From: a virus | Taxonomy: Duplodnaviria > Caudoviricetes | Virus record (IMG/VR): IMGVR_UViG_3300028735_000004 | Location: 179,942-243,941 of that record | Length of the DNA stretch: 64,000 nt | Reading direction: 5' to 3' (one strand) | Shown: piece after piece, positions 29,915 through 40,064 of the stretch | Layout of the letters: each line of letters starts with the position of its first letter | Position numbering within the stretch: position 1 is the stretch's first letter | The notes under the pieces: model-generated | What the model was told of the DNA's origin: nothing | Databases searched by the model: none | The model's input: the letters and a program-made list of their open reading frames with translations, nothing else | Made by a program: the position numbers and the translations under genes

Positions 29915-32098
29915 TCACCAATTATTAACCAATTTAGCAGTGGAAGTTAAATCATCATCTTGTTCAACAAGTATAGCGTGAGTAAATCTATCTTTTAGTT
30001 TGTTATTATGTGTAATAACTAATATCTTAAAATCTTTTTGAAGTTCTTTTATGATATCAGAAAAGATATTAACTCCATTTTCATCTAAAGCCTGATCTAC
30101 CTCATCTAATAATAATATTTTTAAATCTACACCTAATCTTTTCTTTATTAAAGATGATAATGCTAATTTAAGTGATAATGAAGCTATTAACTTTTGAGCT
30201 CCAGATAGTTGTTTATATTCTCTTGTATTTCCGTCTATAATATAATTAATATCTAAAGTATCTTCTTGATCTGTATTAGATTTCGCTTTGATTACTGAAA
30301 ATTGAAGCTGTAATCCTGGTCTAAATTTAAATAACCATTCATTTGCTTCAGTTTGATAATCATCTAAAATATTATTAATAATTAAAGATGGAATACCTTT
30401 AGTCGAGAAAGCTTGACAGACTTGTTGAATAATTAAATAATCATTTTCTAATTTTTTAATAGATGCTTTAATTTCTTTTATTTTTTCTATTTTATCTAAA
30501 TTTTCTTCAATTTTATGCTCAATTATATTTTTTGATTTTAGCAAATCTTCATAATCTTTTTTATAAAGAGAAATTTTATTTAAATTAATTTCTTTATTTT
30601 TAATTAAAGATAATAAATCTTTTTTAAAATTCTCTACATTAGAGGTATCCATTTGTGATAGTTTCTCTTCGACTTTACTTAATTCTATTTTTAATAATTC
30701 TAATTTTTCTTTATTTTTTTGATAAATATTGTTTAATTCAGAAAATAACTGTCTCATATGCTCTAATTCTTTATTTTTTAGAGCTAAATTATTTTTTAAA
30801 TCAATAAAAATAATGCTGTCTTTTTTTAGATTTTTTAAATTATTTTGAAGCAAATCTTTTTCTTTATTTAAAATAAGATTTTCGTTTTGAAAGAATACTA
30901 TTTTTTCTTGTATATCAGATAAATCTTTTGTTATTTTTTCTTTACAAGATTGAATATGTTCTTCAGTTAATGATTGGCGACAATGATTACATACCGGACC
31001 GCTAGGTAAGGGAATTAATAATTCTTCTTTTTTATTTTTCAAAGTATTGATATTTATTTGATTATCGGAAATCTTGGATGAAATTTTATCGATATTTGAT
31101 GATATGGTATTAATTTCTTCATCAAAATTTATATTATCATATTTAGATAAATTATTTTTTAACTCATCAACCAACAAAGATATTTTTTTACCATCATTTT
31201 TAATAGATTTAATTTTTAGTATATTTGAATCAACTTCTTTATTTAAAGAAAATAACTCATTTTCTATTTTTATTTTTTCTGATAAAATAGATGACTGATT
31301 ATTTTCGATTAATTTAATATTATTATTAATATCGTTAATTTGTTGATCTATAGATGAATTATTGTTTAATAGATTATTTAAATAATCGTTATTTTTTTCT
31401 ATTTTTAATTCTGTAGCAATAAGATCATCTTTATATTTTTTTATATTAACTTCAGGATCTTCAAAAGTTGATAATATTGCTTTTTGTCTATCTATTTCTT
31501 TAGAAATAATTTGTAATTTATTTTTGGCTATTTTTTCATAATTTGCATAATTACTTAAATTAAGAACTTCTTTTAAAATTAATTTTCTTTTATCAGGAGT
31601 AGCTTGAGCAATATTATAAAATTCTCTTTGAGATGGATTTTCTGAACCAATTTGAGAAAATAAAACAGAAGCACAAAATGTTTTATAATTTATTTTGAGT
31701 AGTTTATTAATTTCTTTTTCATTATCATTAATTCGTCTCTGAGTAATATCATCCCATTCTTCATTTATTTTTTTATAAAGTCTTAAATCTGACCCTGATT
31801 TTTTACTTATAGATCTTACAATTTTATACACCTCATTATCGTGAGGTGAAACAAATTCAAAACTAACTCTCGCTATATCTTTACCATCTTTAATAATTCT
31901 ATCTAATGTTGAAAACTTAATTTCATTAAATAATACATATTCTATCGCATTAAAAATAGTGCTTTTACCAGCGCCGTTAGATATATGATCATTTCCTTTA
32001 ACTTTACCAACTACTAAGGCGCTGGAAAAATTATTAAAATCTATTTCTGTATAAGAATGGCTTGCAAAATCATTTAATGTTAATTTAATAGGTATCAT
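29915..32098 (-). CDS. sbcC: SbcC/Rad50/gp46-like SMC ATPase
   Basis: NGAGKST Walker A, coiled coil with CNHC zinc hook, LSGAQ signature and LLLDE Walker B. Confidence 0.92.
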   Translation of the reverse strand: MIPIKLTLNDFASHSYTEIDFNNFSSALVVGKVKGNDHISNGAGKSTIFNAIEYVLFNEIKFSTLDRIIKDGKDIARVSFEFVSPHDNEVYKIVRSISKKSGSDLRLYKKINEEWDDITQRRINDNEKEINKLLKINYKTFCASVLFSQIGSENPSQREFYNIAQATPDKRKLILKEVLNLSNYANYEKIAKNKLQIISKEIDRQKAILSTFEDPEVNIKKYKDDLIATELKIEKNNDYLNNLLNNNSSIDQQINDINNNIKLIENNQSSILSEKIKIENELFSLNKEVDSNILKIKSIKNDGKKISLLVDELKNNLSKYDNINFDEEINTISSNIDKISSKISDNQININTLKNKKEELLIPLPSGPVCNHCRQSLTEEHIQSCKEKITKDLSDIQEKIVFFQNENLILNKEKDLLQNNLKNLKKDSIIFIDLKNNLALKNKELEHMRQLFSELNNIYQKNKEKLELLKIELSKVEEKLSQMDTSNVENFKKDLLSLIKNKEINLNKISLYKKDYEDLLKSKNIIEHKIEENLDKIEKIKEIKASIKKLENDYLIIQQVCQAFSTKGIPSLIINNILDDYQTEANEWLFKFRPGLQLQFSVIKAKSNTDQEDTLDINYIIDGNTREYKQLSGAQKLIASLSLKLALSSLIKKRLGVDLKILLLDEVDQALDENGVNIFSDIIKELQKDFKILVITHNNKLKDRFTHAILVEQDDDLTSTAKLVNNW

Positions 32099-33291
32099 TA
32101 ATTATCCTTCGAATTATTAAATTCTTCAATTATTTCTAAAGAATATTTAATAAAATCATTTTTAATAGAATTATCTACATTGAGATCTGCATACATTTTT
32201 AATGCAGTTAATGGATTAATTGTGTTATCTATATCTACATTTTGTTTTTTCTTTATGGGAGATATTTTTCTTTCTTCGGAAATTCTGTTTACATAAAAAA
32301 CTCCGCTATCAGTCAAAAATTTTTCTATTAAATGTCTATCTATAGATTTTATTTCTGGATTTTCTAAAATAATATTTAATCTAACTATAGATTTTTTAAG
32401 ATTTTTATTTTTACTTAATTCTGATAAAATAAATTCATTTACATCCTCAACATCCTGAGGTATATTTATATTAATATGATATAAAGGTCTATTAGGAACA
32501 TCAATATATTCAAAATGATGCTGTGTTTTTGGATTAATCAAAACTATTTTTTTAGTATGACTTGCTTCATAAAAAGTAGCGAAATCCATACTGCCTATAT
32601 GAGATATGTATGGTTTTTCAGATAATACTTGTGGCTTATGGACATGTCCCATCCAAACATAATCGTATTTGCTAAACATACTTAATGGACAAAATAACTC
32701 ATTAGACATGTCATCGAATTCATCGCCTATGGGTATAGATTTTTCTATCGCCAGATGCCCTACAATAATTTTTAAATTTTCTAAAGGTATTTCTGGTACC
32801 TGGAAATCTAATTTATCTGACAATTTTTGAATTGCTTCTAAGTTTGAATCAGTATTAAAAGATCTTCGATCTCTAAAAGGCATTAAAGTAAAAGAAGCAC
32901 CATCGGTATGAACCGTTGATATGTTTTTATAAACATAAATATTGGGTATTTCGGCAGAAACTATTACATCTAATGCTGAAATATAATATTGACCACTTCT
33001 TAAAACATCGTGATTACCAGAAATTATATGTACATTTATGTCGTGAATTGAACATTTTTTAAGCCAATCCAAAAATAACGATATTAACGCTGGATGAGGC
33101 TTTGGATCTTCAAAAATATCTCCAGTTAAAAATATATTATCAATATATTTATTTACTGAAGTATCTAATATCCAATCTAAAGTCTGTAATTGATCTATAA
33201 TTCTACTGTTTAAATTAGATCCTATTCCAGGTTTTCCAATATTTAACCCACCGCCTAAATGAACATCACCCACTATTAAACTTGCTGACAT
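32098..33291 (-). CDS. sbcD: SbcD/Mre11/gp47-like nuclease
   Basis: GDVHLG, TGDIFE, SGNHD, GHL and GHVH phosphoesterase motifs. Confidence 0.92.
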   Translation of the reverse strand: MSASLIVGDVHLGGGLNIGKPGIGSNLNSRIIDQLQTLDWILDTSVNKYIDNIFLTGDIFEDPKPHPALISLFLDWLKKCSIHDINVHIISGNHDVLRSGQYYISALDVIVSAEIPNIYVYKNISTVHTDGASFTLMPFRDRRSFNTDSNLEAIQKLSDKLDFQVPEIPLENLKIIVGHLAIEKSIPIGDEFDDMSNELFCPLSMFSKYDYVWMGHVHKPQVLSEKPYISHIGSMDFATFYEASHTKKIVLINPKTQHHFEYIDVPNRPLYHININIPQDVEDVNEFILSELSKNKNLKKSIVRLNIILENPEIKSIDRHLIEKFLTDSGVFYVNRISEERKISPIKKKQNVDIDNTINPLTALKMYADLNVDNSIKNDFIKYSLEIIEEFNNSKDN

Positions 33292-33877
33292 AATATTGTT
33301 CCAATTTGGATTTTAAATTTGAATGTAGAACCTCTAAGCCTTCTGGTTTAACTGAATGTTTTTTTAGAATTAAATCATAGGCTCTACATAAGTTTTCAGC
33401 ATATAATATAGCATCTGTTTCATAGTTATTTTTAATAAGAAAATTTCTAATCATATTGGAAAATTTTATAGAATGATCAAAGACATTATGATTTTCTGGT
33501 ATTTCTATTTCAGAAGAGTATTCATCAAATATATTTAATATATGAATGGCGGCATCATTTTTAGATATATTTAAAAAACTTGAAATAAAATCTACCGATG
33601 ATCCTCCAGTTTGACAACCGAAACAATAAAAACTATTTGTGTCCGGATAGTAATATAATGACGGAGTTCTTTCCTGTCCATTCTTATGACTTAGGAATGG
33701 ACATTTTGTTTTATTAGTGTAATGATCTATATTTATATTATAGTGTTTAAATATCTCATATAAATCTATTTTATTTGCTTTTAAGATAAATGTTTTATTA
33801 CTTGCTCTAGAACTTCTATCCTCGAAGTGTGTTTCGCCACAATGATAGGATCCGTTTGAGTTTGATAATAACCGCAT
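33266..33877 (-). CDS. CHC2 zinc-finger protein (primase zinc-binding domain)
   Basis: CPFLSH...ERTPSL...FYCFGCQTGG..DF. Confidence 0.85.
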   Translation of the reverse strand: MRLLSNSNGSYHCGETHFEDRSSRASNKTFILKANKIDLYEIFKHYNINIDHYTNKTKCPFLSHKNGQERTPSLYYYPDTNSFYCFGCQTGGSSVDFISSFLNISKNDAAIHILNIFDEYSSEIEIPENHNVFDHSIKFSNMIRNFLIKNNYETDAILYAENLCRAYDLILKKHSVKPEGLEVLHSNLKSKLEQYYVSKFNSG

Positions 33878-33978
33878 AATTGTATATATAAAGTATATTT
33901 TTCTTTCTCTTCAGAAATCATTTGTAATAGATATTCTTTTATCGAATTATCATTTTGAATTATTTTTTTGAAAATCAT
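33781..33978 (-). CDS. Possible small hypothetical protein
   Basis: 65-aa ORF overlapping both neighbours; start uncertain. Confidence 0.4.
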   Translation of the reverse strand: MIFKKIIQNDNSIKEYLLQMISEEKEKYTLYIQLCGYYQTQTDPIIVAKHTSRIEVLEQVIKHLS

Positions 33979-34396
33979 CTAATTGTTTTTTTAATGTTAG
34001 TAAATCAAAAGATAATTTATTTATCTTATCTCTTTGAAGTAAAACAGTTTTTAAAAGCAAAGTAGATAATACTATTGAACCAGCTCCTTCCGGCTGATTT
34101 TCATCTGCATTAATTTTATAGGATAAATCAATTAATTTATTAATTAAATCAGTTTCAACATTTTTAACTAATGGTGTTTTATTAATATCTAATGTTTGAT
34201 CATTTATGATTTTAACAAACTGTGAAGAAAATTCCCATACACTATGCTTATAGTCTTGATCTTTTTCAAAAGCTTCATCGGCTTTTTTATCAAAAGATTG
34301 TTTTTCTACCACTTTAGAATGAACCGAAGAATTAGTATTACTTACCTTTAAACCTTTAGTTTTTACATTAACTTCATCTTCTTCATCAAATGGCAT
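33950..34396 (-). CDS. Hypothetical protein
   Basis: 148-aa ORF, coupled start/stop with the upstream gene. Confidence 0.65.
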   Translation of the reverse strand: MPFDEEDEVNVKTKGLKVSNTNSSVHSKVVEKQSFDKKADEAFEKDQDYKHSVWEFSSQFVKIINDQTLDINKTPLVKNVETDLINKLIDLSYKINADENQPEGAGSIVLSTLLLKTVLLQRDKINKLSFDLLTLKKQLDDFQKNNSK

Positions 34397-34650
34397 TAAA
34401 CTAATCCTTTATCTTTTACAACTATAAATCTTCCTGACATTTCACATTCATATTTATCTTCGGCTTTTAAAGCTTCCTCTAAAGCTGGAAGTAATGCAGA
34501 TATACTGTAAGATAAATAACATTCTTTATCACTTATTGGCATTGGTTCACATAATTCACTTAATTTTTTAGGTGGCAAAGCAAATAATGATACTTCTAAT
34601 CCAGATACATCTTTCCATATTTTTTCAGCTTTTCCAATTAATTTACTCAT
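34396..34650 (-). CDS. Hypothetical protein
   Basis: 84 aa with an AGGAG RBS. Confidence 0.65.
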   Translation of the reverse strand: MSKLIGKAEKIWKDVSGLEVSLFALPPKKLSELCEPMPISDKECYLSYSISALLPALEEALKAEDKYECEMSGRFIVVKDKGLV

Positions 34651-34678
34651 TTTTTACTCCTTCAATAGGATATAACAT

Positions 34679-34855
34679 TTAATTATTTTCTGTATTCATA
34701 GAAACTATATTTTTTTTAATTTCTTCTGATATAATTTGAACTTCATTATTAATTTCTTCAAGATTTAAAATACCTTTATTTATAAGTAATTTTTGAATCG
34801 CAAGATATTTCAAAAACATTTCAAAAAATAATATATCTTTATTTGTAAAATCCAT
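34679..34855 (-). CDS. Small hypothetical protein (58 aa, not in the ORF track)
   Basis: Hand-translated MDFTNKDILFFEMFLKYLAIQKLLINKG...; GAGG RBS. Confidence 0.55.
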   Translation of the reverse strand: MDFTNKDILFFEMFLKYLAIQKLLINKGILNLEEINNEVQIISEEIKKNIVSMNTENN

Positions 34856-34862
34856 TTATTCC

Positions 34863-35075
34863 TCATTTCTTACCACAAGAATTACATCCATTAAATTTAA
34901 AATTTTTTGTTATATTAGTATTAATAATTTTTTTCAAACAAATAGCGCATATTTTTTCGGTATCAGAACAATTATTACATATATGAGATAATTGATTGTT
35001 TATTACATTATTGCATCTAACACATTTTTTATTTGATAGAACTAAATTTAATTTTTGACAATTTAAACAAAGCAT
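34863..35075 (-). CDS. Small Cys-rich (zinc-binding) protein
   Basis: Five CxxC pairs in 70 aa. Confidence 0.65.
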   Translation of the reverse strand: MLCLNCQKLNLVLSNKKCVRCNNVINNQLSHICNNCSDTEKICAICLKKIINTNITKNFKFNGCNSCGKK

Positions 35076-35127
35076 CTTATACTATATATCAGTATTATTG
35101 TATAATAATATAATTATTGAGGTAGTA

Positions 35128-35274
35128 ATGTTTTATCCATTTATTTACAAAAAACAAGAAAAAAAACAAAAAATATTACCTTTGTATATAAATATAGAAA
35201 AACCTTTAAAAATTAAAAAAGAAGAGGAAATTAAGAAGCAAGATAAAGAGCCTATTATTATTCAACTTATTTAA
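35128..35274 (+). CDS. Small hypothetical protein (48 aa, not in the ORF track)
   Basis: MFYPFIYKKQEKKQKILPLYINIE...IIIQLI; GAGG RBS; fills an otherwise empty gap. Confidence 0.55.
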   Translation: MFYPFIYKKQEKKQKILPLYINIEKPLKIKKEEEIKKQDKEPIIIQLI

Positions 35275-35773
35275 AAAATATCTCCCAATCTTCGTGCCAA
35301 ACTTCTTTGTCTGGATAAATATATAATTGTGGTTTAGGCTCGTATGGTTGATATAAAAGTTTCATTGAAGCTTGTTCTGGAGTTTTATTTCCTTTTCTGG
35401 AATTACAAGGAAAACAAGCTGTAATACAATTTAAAAATGAATTTTTACCACCAAAACTTTTTGGAACAATATGATCTAAAGTAATTTGATTTGGTTTAAA
35501 TTTAATACCGCAATAACAACAAGTATAATTGTCTCTTCTGAAAACAACACTTCTTGAGAAGTTTAATTTATTATTAAAATTTCTTGAAACATAATATCTC
35601 ATTCTTACTATTGATGGGACATATATTTCTTTGTCGATAAATTTAACTTTATCTTTCCAATGAGAAATTATATCAACTTTACCAGCAAAAAGCATTTTGA
35701 ATAATCTTTTTTCTGAGATAAAATTTAATATTTCGTATGTAGAATTTAATAATAAAACTCTTCTTTTTGACAT
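35267..35773 (-). CDS. HNH endonuclease (McrA-like)
   Basis: VLLLNSTYE, RDNYTCCYCG, TLDHIVPKSFGG and CFPCNSRKG. Confidence 0.9.
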   Translation of the reverse strand: MSKRRVLLLNSTYEILNFISEKRLFKMLFAGKVDIISHWKDKVKFIDKEIYVPSIVRMRYYVSRNFNNKLNFSRSVVFRRDNYTCCYCGIKFKPNQITLDHIVPKSFGGKNSFLNCITACFPCNSRKGNKTPEQASMKLLYQPYEPKPQLYIYPDKEVWHEDWEIFFK

Positions 35774-36337
35774 TTAATTTCTTTTTACAATAACAGTATT
35801 TAACTTTAAATCTTCATCTTTTTCTGATACAGAAATATTTTGAGATACTTCTATTTTATTTTTAGAACTATCTATCTTAGATATCAAAACATTATAAGAT
35901 CCAACCGGCAAATGAGCTTGCCATTTACCAACAGCATTTGTTTTTGTTTTAAGTATTTCATTATTATTTTCATCAGTAATCAAAACATCTGCCATAAATA
36001 AATCTCTACCTTTATCATCAGTTATTCTTTGAGATATTGGAACTTTTTTACCAGAGGCAGTTTTCTTCTCTTGAGTAACAACTGCGGATGGTTTTGTATT
36101 TATTATTGGGGAATTACTTATATTAATTGGATTTTGACTAAATTCTTGGACTACTTGTTTATTTTTAACCTCTACTGGATTTTTTTCTAAAATTTTAGAA
36201 ATTTTATTTATTTTATCTAAAATTAATTTAGTATTAAAATCATATAAACTTATTATCTTTAATAAAGAATTAACTTTCTCTTCTAAAGATAAAAGAATTT
36301 CCGTTGCTTTTCTTTCTTGATTTTCTTGATCTGACAT
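35774..36337 (-). CDS. Hypothetical protein with a C-terminal prealbumin/carboxypeptidase-regulatory-like fold
   Basis: TKTNAVGKWQAHLPVGSYNV. Confidence 0.55.
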   Translation of the reverse strand: MSDQENQERKATEILLSLEEKVNSLLKIISLYDFNTKLILDKINKISKILEKNPVEVKNKQVVQEFSQNPINISNSPIINTKPSAVVTQEKKTASGKKVPISQRITDDKGRDLFMADVLITDENNNEILKTKTNAVGKWQAHLPVGSYNVLISKIDSSKNKIEVSQNISVSEKDEDLKLNTVIVKRN

Positions 36338-36339
36338 TT

Positions 36340-36783
36340 TTACTCTAATACAATATCATATCTAATATCTATTTGTTTTAAAACAACTATTTCATTTGCG
36401 AAAATCTTGTATTTCAAATTTTCTATATATTTTAGAGAATTTAATACTTCTTGTTTAGATCCGCTTGTTATTATTTTACCACAATCTAATAATATATATA
36501 ATGGATCTTTTGATTTATTTTCCTGTTTAAATGCGGCTACAGAAAAATTTGCATTCTTATCATTATCTATAGATCCATTATTTATAATAACATTATTATG
36601 TTTAAGATCTTCTGGAAGATCTTCATATAATGGATCTTGTGCAAAATTAGGATTAACCTCAAAAATTGGATCTGGCTCTATACCCATCTCTAAATGAGCG
36701 GGAGGAGCATAATTAAATACCTTTTTGCCTCGATTTGGATTTTTAATTATTTCATCTGACATTTGGATCTTTTTCACTTTCAA
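36340..36783 (-). CDS. Hypothetical protein
   Basis: 147-aa ORF. Confidence 0.6.
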   Translation of the reverse strand: MKVKKIQMSDEIIKNPNRGKKVFNYAPPAHLEMGIEPDPIFEVNPNFAQDPLYEDLPEDLKHNNVIINNGSIDNDKNANFSVAAFKQENKSKDPLYILLDCGKIITSGSKQEVLNSLKYIENLKYKIFANEIVVLKQIDIRYDIVLE

Positions 36784-37039
36784 ATTTTGATTCTAATTCC
36801 ATTATTCGTTTTCTATTTTCATTTAGTTTTCTTCTTTTTTTATCAGAAGGTTTTTCATAATGTTGTTTTTCTTTATAAATAGAAAGAACTCTTTCTTTTT
36901 GAACAATTGCTTTAAAAATCTTAAAAGCTTTATCAAAATTACCGTCATATACTTCTACTTGAAGTGGGGAAAATTTTAATTCATCATAGCCTTTTAAAGA
37001 GATGCTTGAAATTGTTGGTGTTTTTTTATTTTTTCTCAT
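36752..37039 (-). CDS. rpsU: Ribosomal protein bS21 homologue
   Basis: VEVYDGNFDKAFKIFK...QHYEKPSDKKRRK is the bS21 signature, here with N- and C-terminal extensions; GAGG RBS. Confidence 0.88.
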   Translation of the reverse strand: MRKNKKTPTISSISLKGYDELKFSPLQVEVYDGNFDKAFKIFKAIVQKERVLSIYKEKQHYEKPSDKKRRKLNENRKRIMELESKFESEKDPNVR

Positions 37040-37057
37040 ATAAATACCTCTGTTAAG

Positions 37058-37065
37058 AATATAAC
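37058..37065 (-). promoter_or_regulatory. Putative promoter GTTATATT for the bS21 gene (SD-led)
   Basis: Recurrent motif followed by CTTAACAGAGGTATTTAT-ATG. Confidence 0.5.
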
Positions 37066-37092
37066 TGCCTTTATAGTAAAATATTTTTTTAT

Positions 37093-38874
37093 TTAGTGAT
37101 TTAATTCTTCTTTTTCAGAACATTCAATAATATTTCGACAAGATGGGTAATTACTGCATCCAAAGAACAATTGACCATATCTTGACATTTTCTTTGCCAT
37201 TGGAGATCCACATTCATTACACATAAGAGCTCCATTTTTTTCATAAGCTTTATTTAGTTGTTTTTTAAATGGTAAATAAAAATTATTTAATACAGATAGA
37301 TAATTACTTTTACCTTCTTCTATTTTATCTAATTCTTTTTCCATATTTGCGGTAAATTTATAATCCATAAAAATAAAATTATCAACCAAAGTTCTAGTAA
37401 TTCTTTCACCCAATTCAGTTAAATAAAAAGTATTACCTCTTTTCTCTACATAATTTCTATTTTGAATTTTTTTCAAAATATCAGCGTAGGTAGCTGGACG
37501 ACCAATATGTTTTTTATCTAACTCTTTAATTAAAGATGCTTCCGTAAATCTTGGCGGAGGTTGAGTGAATTTTTGTTCATAAGTTATTGGATTTTTGTCT
37601 GATAAAATAATTTTTTCACCCTCTTGTAAAGATGGTATTTCTATCTTTAAATCTTCATTTGCTGAAAATAATGCCAAATAACCCTTTTCTGATAAAGATT
37701 TGCCTGAACACTTAAATACTAAATCTTTATCGTCAAAATGAGATATTTTAACTTCAAGAGTATCCCATACAGCATCATTCATTTGACTAGCTACAAAAAA
37801 TCTCCAAATTACTTCATATAATTTTTTTTCATCATCACCTAATAAAATTTGAGAAGATTTTACAGAAACATCAGTTGGTCTAATACATTCGTGAGCATTT
37901 TGTGCGGCATTATTACTTTTATACAAATTTGGCTTTTTGGGAATAGGTATATTTTTACTACTTAAATAATCTCTTACACTATTTAAAGCTTCATCTGATA
38001 TGTTTGTTGAATCAGTTCTAATATATGTGCAATATCCATATTCGTATAGTGTTTGGGCTAATGACATGGTATAATCGGCACTAAAACCAAATTTAGATGA
38101 CATAACTTGTTGCATTTTAGATGTAATTAATGGTGGTTGAGGTTTTTCTTTTTTTACTTTAGATAAAACCTTAATTACTTTGAAATTATTATTTTTTAAG
38201 CAAAAGTCTTTAATACCATCTGCTTCTGCTTTATTTTTGATCTTTTTTTCTAATTTTGCAGTAAAAACATTATTATCTTTAGATAAAGATATGATAAAAT
38301 TCCAATATTCTTCTGGAGTAAAATTTTTAATTTCACTCTCTCTATCAGCAATCATTCTGATAACAACACTCTGAACTCTACCTGCGCTTAATTTAGAATT
38401 ATATGTATTAATTAAAAATGGCGAAACTGTAAAACCCACTATTCTATCCAGTGCTCTTCTTGCCTGTTGAGCGGCAACTACATTCATATCAACATCTCTT
38501 GGATTAGAAATGGCATTTTCTATACCTTTCTTTGTAATCTCTGATGAAACAATTCTTTTTATAGGTTTTCCTGTCGATAATAATATTTCTTTGAGATGAT
38601 AAGAAATAGCTTCTCCTTCTCTATCTAAGTCTGAGAATAAATATATTTCATCACATCTCTCTGACGCTGTTATTAAATCATCAATAACATTAATTTTATC
38701 TGGTATTAAAGCGTAATTCAATTTAAAATTATTATTAATATCTATACCCATTTTATTTTTATGAGATAAATCTCTAATATGACCATAACTTGATTTAACT
38801 ATGTAATCATTTCCAAGATATTCTTGTATCTTTTTTGCTTTTGTTGGCGATTCCACAATAATTAATTTTTTCAT
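37093..38874 (-). CDS. topA: DNA topoisomerase I (type IA)
   Basis: LIIVESPTKAKKI, DLDREGEAI, SAGRVQS, CTYIRTDS (catalytic Tyr), AHECIRPT, GRPATY and one C-terminal zinc ribbon. Confidence 0.96.
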   Translation of the reverse strand: MKKLIIVESPTKAKKIQEYLGNDYIVKSSYGHIRDLSHKNKMGIDINNNFKLNYALIPDKINVIDDLITASERCDEIYLFSDLDREGEAISYHLKEILLSTGKPIKRIVSSEITKKGIENAISNPRDVDMNVVAAQQARRALDRIVGFTVSPFLINTYNSKLSAGRVQSVVIRMIADRESEIKNFTPEEYWNFIISLSKDNNVFTAKLEKKIKNKAEADGIKDFCLKNNNFKVIKVLSKVKKEKPQPPLITSKMQQVMSSKFGFSADYTMSLAQTLYEYGYCTYIRTDSTNISDEALNSVRDYLSSKNIPIPKKPNLYKSNNAAQNAHECIRPTDVSVKSSQILLGDDEKKLYEVIWRFFVASQMNDAVWDTLEVKISHFDDKDLVFKCSGKSLSEKGYLALFSANEDLKIEIPSLQEGEKIILSDKNPITYEQKFTQPPPRFTEASLIKELDKKHIGRPATYADILKKIQNRNYVEKRGNTFYLTELGERITRTLVDNFIFMDYKFTANMEKELDKIEEGKSNYLSVLNNFYLPFKKQLNKAYEKNGALMCNECGSPMAKKMSRYGQLFFGCSNYPSCRNIIECSEKEELNH

Positions 38875-38887
38875 TTTTACCTTAAAT

Positions 38888-39295
38888 ATGCTAATTTTAA
38901 TTTATTTTAATATGATGTTTATAGATTTTTTGGACACAAGTCTAAAACAATTGAAATGTAATCAACTAACAAAATCATACATTATAAATGTATTAAATAA
39001 ATACCAAAAGCAGCATAATGATTTGTCTAACGATAGTATAACCATACTATATCAGAAAGCAACAGAAGATAATAACTTTGTTTTATTTCAAAATATAGCA
39101 GATTGGATCTTTTTTATTGAAAGTATTTTTCCAGATTTTCATAAAGATTATAAATCATACGCTCAAACTATAGGACAATTATCGTATTACAAATGTTATA
39201 AACTTATAAATAAACAAATATATGTATATGAGAATATGGCAGATGAATTTAAAACATTAACAAGACAAATTAATTTTCTCATTCATAATAATTAA
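38888..39295 (+). CDS. Hypothetical protein
   Basis: 135-aa ORF filling the gap between topA and the phosphoesterase, on the opposite strand. Confidence 0.65.
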   Translation: MLILIYFNMMFIDFLDTSLKQLKCNQLTKSYIINVLNKYQKQHNDLSNDSITILYQKATEDNNFVLFQNIADWIFFIESIFPDFHKDYKSYAQTIGQLSYYKCYKLINKQIYVYENMADEFKTLTRQINFLIHNN

Positions 39296-40064
39296 AATTA
39301 TATTTATAAATATTATTCTTTCCGCTTTTGATTGAACAAGCACTCATAGAATTTAACTCAAATAAAAATAATCTTTTAGGAGCTCCCCCTCCTAACATAA
39401 AATATTTAGAATAGATAAATGGTTTTTTAGATTTATAGTTGTGTGCACCTACATATATATATTTATTATTCTGAAGGGGTTTTTCGCCTCGTTTTAAGAG
39501 CGTTTTCACATATCTTGAACCGCTATAATCAAAAATAAAATTATTAATATCATTTTCATTTATATCTTTTAGGGGATTAAAACTACCATGAAAAAATAAA
39601 TAATTATCTATATTTACAACATTAGATAAATTAGATAAAAAATCAATATGATTTGATGGCATTATATTTAATAATCTATTTTTTGATAATGAATAGGGAT
39701 TCTCTAACAAATTTATACTATTTAAATATGATTTTACCGTTTCAGATCCTATTGAATTTACCCAATCAATATAATCATCATTTCGATCAGAAAGAATTGA
39801 TCTTAAAAACATTTCTTCGTGATTGCCTTTTAAGAAAAAGGTTCTATCAGGATATTCTGATTTAATATTAAATAATATATCTATTACTTTATTAGAAGAT
39901 GGTCCTACATCAATATAATCTCCCATAAAAACTATAATGTCTTCTTGATTTTTAAATTTTCTAAGCGGTAGAATTCTATCTAACATTATAGATAAACTAT
40001 CTGCATTTCCGTGTATTTCGGAAACTACATATAAACATTTATGTGTTGGTCTCCATTTTCTCAT
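39279..40064 (-). CDS. Calcineurin-like metallophosphoesterase (PrpA/lambda-phosphatase-like)
   Basis: SEIHG (first Asp replaced by Glu), MGDYID, KGNHE and FFHG. Confidence 0.85.
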   Translation of the reverse strand: MRKWRPTHKCLYVVSEIHGNADSLSIMLDRILPLRKFKNQEDIIVFMGDYIDVGPSSNKVIDILFNIKSEYPDRTFFLKGNHEEMFLRSILSDRNDDYIDWVNSIGSETVKSYLNSINLLENPYSLSKNRLLNIMPSNHIDFLSNLSNVVNIDNYLFFHGSFNPLKDINENDINNFIFDYSGSRYVKTLLKRGEKPLQNNKYIYVGAHNYKSKKPFIYSKYFMLGGGAPKRLFLFELNSMSACSIKSGKNNIYKYNFNYYE

